The translations under genes were made by a program, and so were the position numbers. A stretch of DNA of 64,000 nt from Trichoplax adhaerens (taxonomy: Eukaryota; Animalia; Placozoa): positions 7,634,066-7,698,065 of the forward strand of contig NW_002060943.1 of assembly GCF_000150275.1 (NCBI RefSeq), written 5' to 3'. Below the pieces are notes generated by a model that worked only from the letters and a program-made list of their open reading frames with translations, was not told the DNA's origin and did not search any database. Positions 58,012 to 64,000 of the stretch are shown one piece after another (position 1 is the first letter of the stretch; each line of letters begins with the position of its first letter).

Positions 58012-60044
58012 CCTACTAAATATTCGTGTTTGAAAAAGAACATGGATAATACGCATTACTTATTAAGTATAAATTAACTTAGTATTCGTATAAAATAATG
58101 TCATTTTGTTTTAAATTACATCGACGAAAACATTTGGAGATTTATAAACTCCAAAGTTAATTCACATTCTATTAATTAATCATTACATTTCGATATCTAG
58201 CATGATTACAAGTAACGAAATTTTTTATGTATAGTATCATTTCAGTTGAAATTTCGTCTCTGGTTAAACTTGTCATTATACCGTAGCTTTTCCTCCCCCA
58301 TATTGCAATAAGTGTCGTTTTTATCTTATATGTTGATAGAAAAATTAATTCTAGAATAAAGATTACCTATAAATAGTCGAATAATAACTTCTAGAGCAAC
58401 TATGCAGTACCATATGACTCGATTTGATAAGCTGTTATTCAATGGTTTTAGCTTATACTACTATCATCATATGCATTTAATTAGTTATAAACCTTCGGAT
58501 CGTACCAATTTCCTAGAATTCTGAGTGGATATAGAGTATGATCTGATCGTAATCATCCTTTTTTATTTCCTAGTAAAATTATCGTAATACTTGATTAGCT
58601 GCGGATTTTTAAATAATGTCCGCTTGTTAACATTTTAAAGCAATTACTTATCTTGGATGCGGTAAGCTTTTTGTCCAAGAAATGATACTTGCTTCTACAG
58701 CATGATAATAATCTTAAATGTTTAATTAGCTATAGATTGTTCCATTATAATCTTTTTTATCACTTTAAAGTAATTATGTAAATTGATAATGATAAAATTT
58801 ATGTCCAAAAATGATTTTCACTTGCAGTATGATTCTTTATATGTTAGCTATGAACTATCGGATAATATCGTATCCATCTATCAAATTTTTAAAATAACTA
58901 TTTAGCTGGGTTGATAGTCTTTATTTCAAGTATATTATAGAGCCGACAAATTGTATCTATGTTTAAATCTTATCGATCAAACCTTAATCTTGAAATGAAA
59001 TAAAGCTAGACTAAAAAGAATTAGAATAAAATAAATTAGAACATGGATTGTCCAGTTTCAGTGCTTTTTTGCTTGCTATGATGATAGAAAATTTAAACTG
59101 CGTATAGTTTTTAACTTTCTTATAAGTAAATTAAATTCTTGTTAGACGTAAAATCAAATAAAATAAAATAAAGCACACTCAAGAACTCAAGCTGCTCCAC
59201 ATTATATTTCTAGTATAGATACGGTATCAGTGCATTTTCTCGTTCGCGATGGTTCCCGTAAATGGTTTACTAAGTAGAATATTTCAGTATACGCGTATGC
59301 TGTGTAGGCTATGCTATAATAACCTACCGTTAGTCACACTTTATTTCACTATAACGATTTAGTTATTTATTTTTTCTTATAATGAGAAACTATTAAAAAT
59401 CTTCTCATTGGCTATGAATAGATGTATAAATTTATATTAGTCAGCAGTGAGAAGAACAACCATTAAGTGTAAGCACAGTACATGGTGCTCTTTCAACAGA
59501 AATTATTTTTATGTTCTTCGTGACAGGATTACGAGGTGAGAAACCATCCTTTCAGTACAAATTCATCCAGATTACCTTTTATTTATTTTTAACTAATAAC
59601 AATACTAGCACAGTAGAGGTAATAAAGCACTGCTATGATAGATTACAGAAAATGCCTACCACTCAAATTAAGATACAAACATGTAATGATGTTTGATTGT
59701 TTAAAAACGTCTTAATGATTAAAACAATATTAGTACTACAAGTCAATTGTAGTTACACATTGATTGAATTGCACATAACAAGATGAATATAGATATACTG
59801 TACATGTTATGAAAGCTACAATTTGTCATACTTAATACAGGAAAATTCCTACAGTCAATTTTTATACTGTAAACTTCTCAACAATAACATGTACAGTATT
59901 ACTTTTCGGATTGATAAGGGTACAATAATTTTGATTACGATGAACAGGTTAAAGCATGAATTAGTTAAATAAAAGCTAAAGGTAGCAAGGGGCGTACACA
60001 AAATTATAATTCTACTTATGTTTAATTATGATTTCAATACTGGA

Positions 60045-63000
60045 TCAATCATTTTTTATGCTATTGCATAAGATTACCCCGAAGATAAAACCAAGGATCT
60101 ATAATTGAAAATAATTACATATAGATTTCTAGATTAATTGAAGACATATTAATAAGTGTAGTTATTATATAAATCATAGTTGTATAAAATATTTTCATCC
60201 ATGAGTTATGAAATGAAATATTAAGAAGTAAAATTTATGTGATTGCCAATAGATGCAGCTAGAGAAATGGTCGCATAATCGGTCAAATTAAGACACCTAA
60301 AATGTTTGTTACTGAACGTTATGATGCTTCTACTAAAAGTCACTAAATATTTTGAAATATGTAATGTAGCTATAGTCGATCAATTACTTCTTCCTATCTT
60401 TACATTTACTTGTTGATTAACTTTAAGAACATAACACACCTGCACGACACCAACACCAATACCAATGCCTAGAAGAATGCTTGCATTATCGGATGCAAGA
60501 GTTTGCAATTTGGCAAGGCAACCCTGTAGATAGGAAAGTAGATAGTTAATATCTATCTGGAACGATATGTCTAAAAAGCAAATTTCTTGATGATCTCTGA
60601 TATTAGTATAGTTATGATAAGATATACGAAAACATTTTCAACTTGTGGTGTCTACTAACTGTTGTATAGATGTTATTGGTGGTGGAATAAGTATAACCAC
60701 AGCTGGCAGTGTCCGAAACATTGGAACGACAGCAAGAATCAGGGACAGGGTAGGTAACCGTCGACACTGCGGAAACGTTGCCATACCATGATGTACCCCT
60801 CCACTCTGTATAATTGTGGACAGCACAACAGGACAGCTGAAATGCGATCAACAGTTCGATTAATTGGACATTTTAATCAATTTAATGCTAATATCATCAC
60901 AATTATAGTAATAGACAAATAGATGAATTGTACAACATAAGTATAGCTAATTTAACACTATCGTTATAATTATGGCTTGAAAGCAGTAAATCTATGAAGC
61001 AGCTAATCTTACTCTTTCATACATATATCACGAATAATCAAAACTATAGTAATAAATTATTGAAAATTAAGGATTAAAAGCTATCGATCAATCATTGCAG
61101 TATTTGATTTTCAAAGACTCTTATAGTTATTTTCAATGACTTATACAATCTTCGCTACTATTAATTAGAAAATTTTAATTTAAATATTTTAGTATTTGAT
61201 TATGAGACAAAATGTGGTCCATAGTTTACCCCAGATTGAATGGTATTAAAGGCTGTTTGAGTAGTTGGTGTGTTGTAGTAGGTTGCCAAATCAGAATTAA
61301 GCCTAGATGTTAGATTTGTGGTAATCTAAATTGATAATTTAAAAAAGTGAAGAAATGAATTTCTAGTCACAATGAAACAGCAGTATGCAATCAAAGCATA
61401 AATCCAATTCAAATTCTTTTAAAGCTATCTTTTCTTCTTTACTAACCAAATCACGATTGACATAAGCATAAACTCCGCCAGCAATTTCTAATACGATGAT
61501 AACGAATAGGATGATGAGGTACTATTTAAAAGGTCAGTAAGAGATAAGTGAAACTTTTAATATCAAATCTAATTATAACTAATGAAGCTTTTTTTCGAGG
61601 TATAAACCCTAATCAAACATGGTGACCAAAACTTAAATTGACTTACACTTGTTAAACACCATCTCTTTCTCTTGTTAGCACCGCAGCATCCAAATCCGCT
61701 GCAGATGAAGGTTACAATACCAGCTACCATCAGTAAAATCACACCTGGAAGAATTAATCCAGAACTTCCCAAAGCGGTTGTAATAGTTGTGCCGGAAACA
61801 ACCAAAACATAGATCGCTAAACCGATCATTGCACCACCGCATAGCTATAGATAAAAAATAATAAATGCCCAACATTAATTCAATGTGCGGTAGTTTATTA
61901 ATTATTTTATTATTAGCGAGTTTGTACATCACAGAGAAAGATGGTTTACTTGTAGACTAGCCTTAAATTTGATTCACTTTTGTCTAAGTTATAAAACACG
62001 AAATGTTTTCTGTGGAGCAATTTTTGATAAGTCTTTAATGAAATTGTAACTAATAGAACGATGCAGTAAAGTTCAGAAATGTAATTATTGCCTATCAAGT
62101 AATTCCGGACTGCAGTAATTGATAGTTTCAATACTAGAGACAGTAAGGAGAATTTAACCGAAAATGATATATTAAGGCAAAATTTAATTACTTCAAATGG
62201 GATTTTCTTATCAAATCTCATCAAAACTTAATGTGGATTACTAATACTGGATATAGTTCTCTAATTAATAAGAAAGTTAAAACGTTTTAATTCACTGTAT
62301 AAATTTTAATGCTTACTTATGCCAGTGTCATCGTCAACTTAGTTTAGATCAAGTAATAAAAAAGAAGGCAGCCTCTCTTAGTATTGAAAATATTGGAAGT
62401 ATATACCGTTAGATCGATACATGATAAACGATTTCTTGAAATAAATGAAGTCATTAACTCGCTAGAGTAGGCATATCTGATTTACTCTTGACATAAGTTT
62501 ATCAATGGTATGATATAAACATTTCTGAAGAGCCATGTACAAATAATTATATGACTATGATGAGCATAAAATTTGGTGCCATAATATATATTAGAAGTTC
62601 TGACTTTGTTATAATTAAAATAAAACTGTGCGCTATTACGTATAGTTACTGCGTATAGTTTAATTGAGTTACATCCCCTGGATTATATATCAAATGTAAG
62701 ATTAAATTTTATAACTATAAGCATTAAATGATCAAGATAAATATACAGTCATTTTATTGAAGCAGAATAATATACTGAAAATTTAAACTATTTGCGATGA
62801 TGAAATTTTAAGGAAGTAATATTCAAATTATCATTGGATTAGGCTTGTTCGCCGATTTATTTCTGGTAATAAATAATTGTAGAATGGATACTAATATTTA
62901 TCATGTTCAATTTCCTTATGCGTGATAAAAACAATCATGTGCTAAGCTTACTTCATGAGAAGTCAAGGATTATACATATGTTTTGGCACGATGAAAATTT

Positions 63001-63524
63001 TTCTACGGTAGTGCCATTCCCGCAGTAGTCATTATTTATTTTACACGTATGTATCGCTTATAACTTCGTTACTTTTCTAATAAATTTAGATTAATCATTC
63101 TCAAGTGTAATAAGGTATGAAAACAAGACAAATTAAACAAGCCTATAGGGATGTCAATAATATTAAAGTGAGAGTAATTTAGGGCTTGTCATTACAGTAT
63201 CGAATAGATTAATTAGCTAAGAAATTGACAGAATAATATTAATAATATCCGCTTATCCCTGAACATATTTTACGATATTGAATTTACTTTTCATCTTAAA
63301 AACATGAAACGCCATGGCGAACTACTATAGCTGATTACTGATCAATTGAATTGTTGATATTTCTTGCATTTATTTTTCGGTAAATAACTCCACAAATACA
63401 GGCTGTCCATTGCATTAGCAGGTAAGTTAATGGTAGAAAGTTAAGAATGAAATCAATAACTTACAAAGAAGATGGTATTGAGGACGATTAAAATAATACG
63501 AACAAGATCACCACAGTCAGCCAT
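60045..63524 (-). CDS. Tetraspanin D (CCG motif changed to CCA)
   Basis: Exons 63524-63465 (MADCGDLVRIILIVLNTIFF), 61844-61647 (SGFGCCGANKRKRWCL), 61521-61447 (LEIAGGVYAY), 61325-61230, 60836-60660 (LSCCAVHNYTEW..YPVPDSCC..SC), 60523-60440 (GCLAKL..), 60098-60045 (ILGFIFGVILCNSIKND*). Confidence 0.92.
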
Positions 63525-64000
63525 ATTGAATCAATTCAATTTTTAGCTACGGTCCAGCCGTCAAGGATTAGAGCAGAAAATATGAAATAAACACAGTCGG
63601 TGTTGAAGAATGAAGGAAAATCTATGTTTGTTCGAACGCTAACAGACTATATATATAATAGTATTTGAAATTTGTTAATAAACTTAGGACCTCTGTTATA
63701 ATGTAGAAAGGACCTGAAACGATTGATTTATTTTATTAATTTTAACTCGTTGCTAAGATATGCCTCAATCAACACATCGAATTGACGTAAGCTAGACTAT
63801 TATCACCATAGTAACGTGATGTGACGTCATAGTGTCCCAATCAGATAATTCCACTATTTAAATATAGTATCTAAATGTGTCATTCCAATGGAAACTCCCT
63901 CCATTTCATTCATTTTTCTACTAGAAGATTGGATATTACTATTGTAATTAAAATCTAGTTTGAATTACATTTGAATGGATAATGGATATCATAATTTAAT

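Overview
AT-rich, intron-containing eukaryotic (animal) genomic DNA. Short GT-AG introns and compact gene spacing suggest an early-branching metazoan such as a placozoan, but that is inference only. The ORF track misses most exons, so I spliced genes by hand. Nine protein-coding genes are supported: LRRIQ1 (+, probably 5'-truncated); four 7-exon tetraspanins (A -, B -, C +, D -); PRMT1 (+, with an 11-nt microexon); a meiotic HORMAD/Hop1 gene (-); and a head-to-head duplicated pair of JmjC 2-oxoglutarate oxygenases. The HORMAD gene is almost invisible in the ORF track and keeps a PHD finger plus a winged helix. Both JmjC proteins have a signal peptide, an EF-hand-like loop, an acidic tail and a C-terminal HEEL ER-retrieval signal. 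The best candidates for new biology are the ER-lumen JmjC pair inside a tetraspanin cluster, the HORMA-PHD-wHTH meiotic protein, a tetraspanin with a ~200-aa cytoplasmic tail, and possible ancient tetraspanin-PRMT and tetraspanin-LRRIQ1 linkage. I found no rRNA, tRNA, CRISPR array or transposase.
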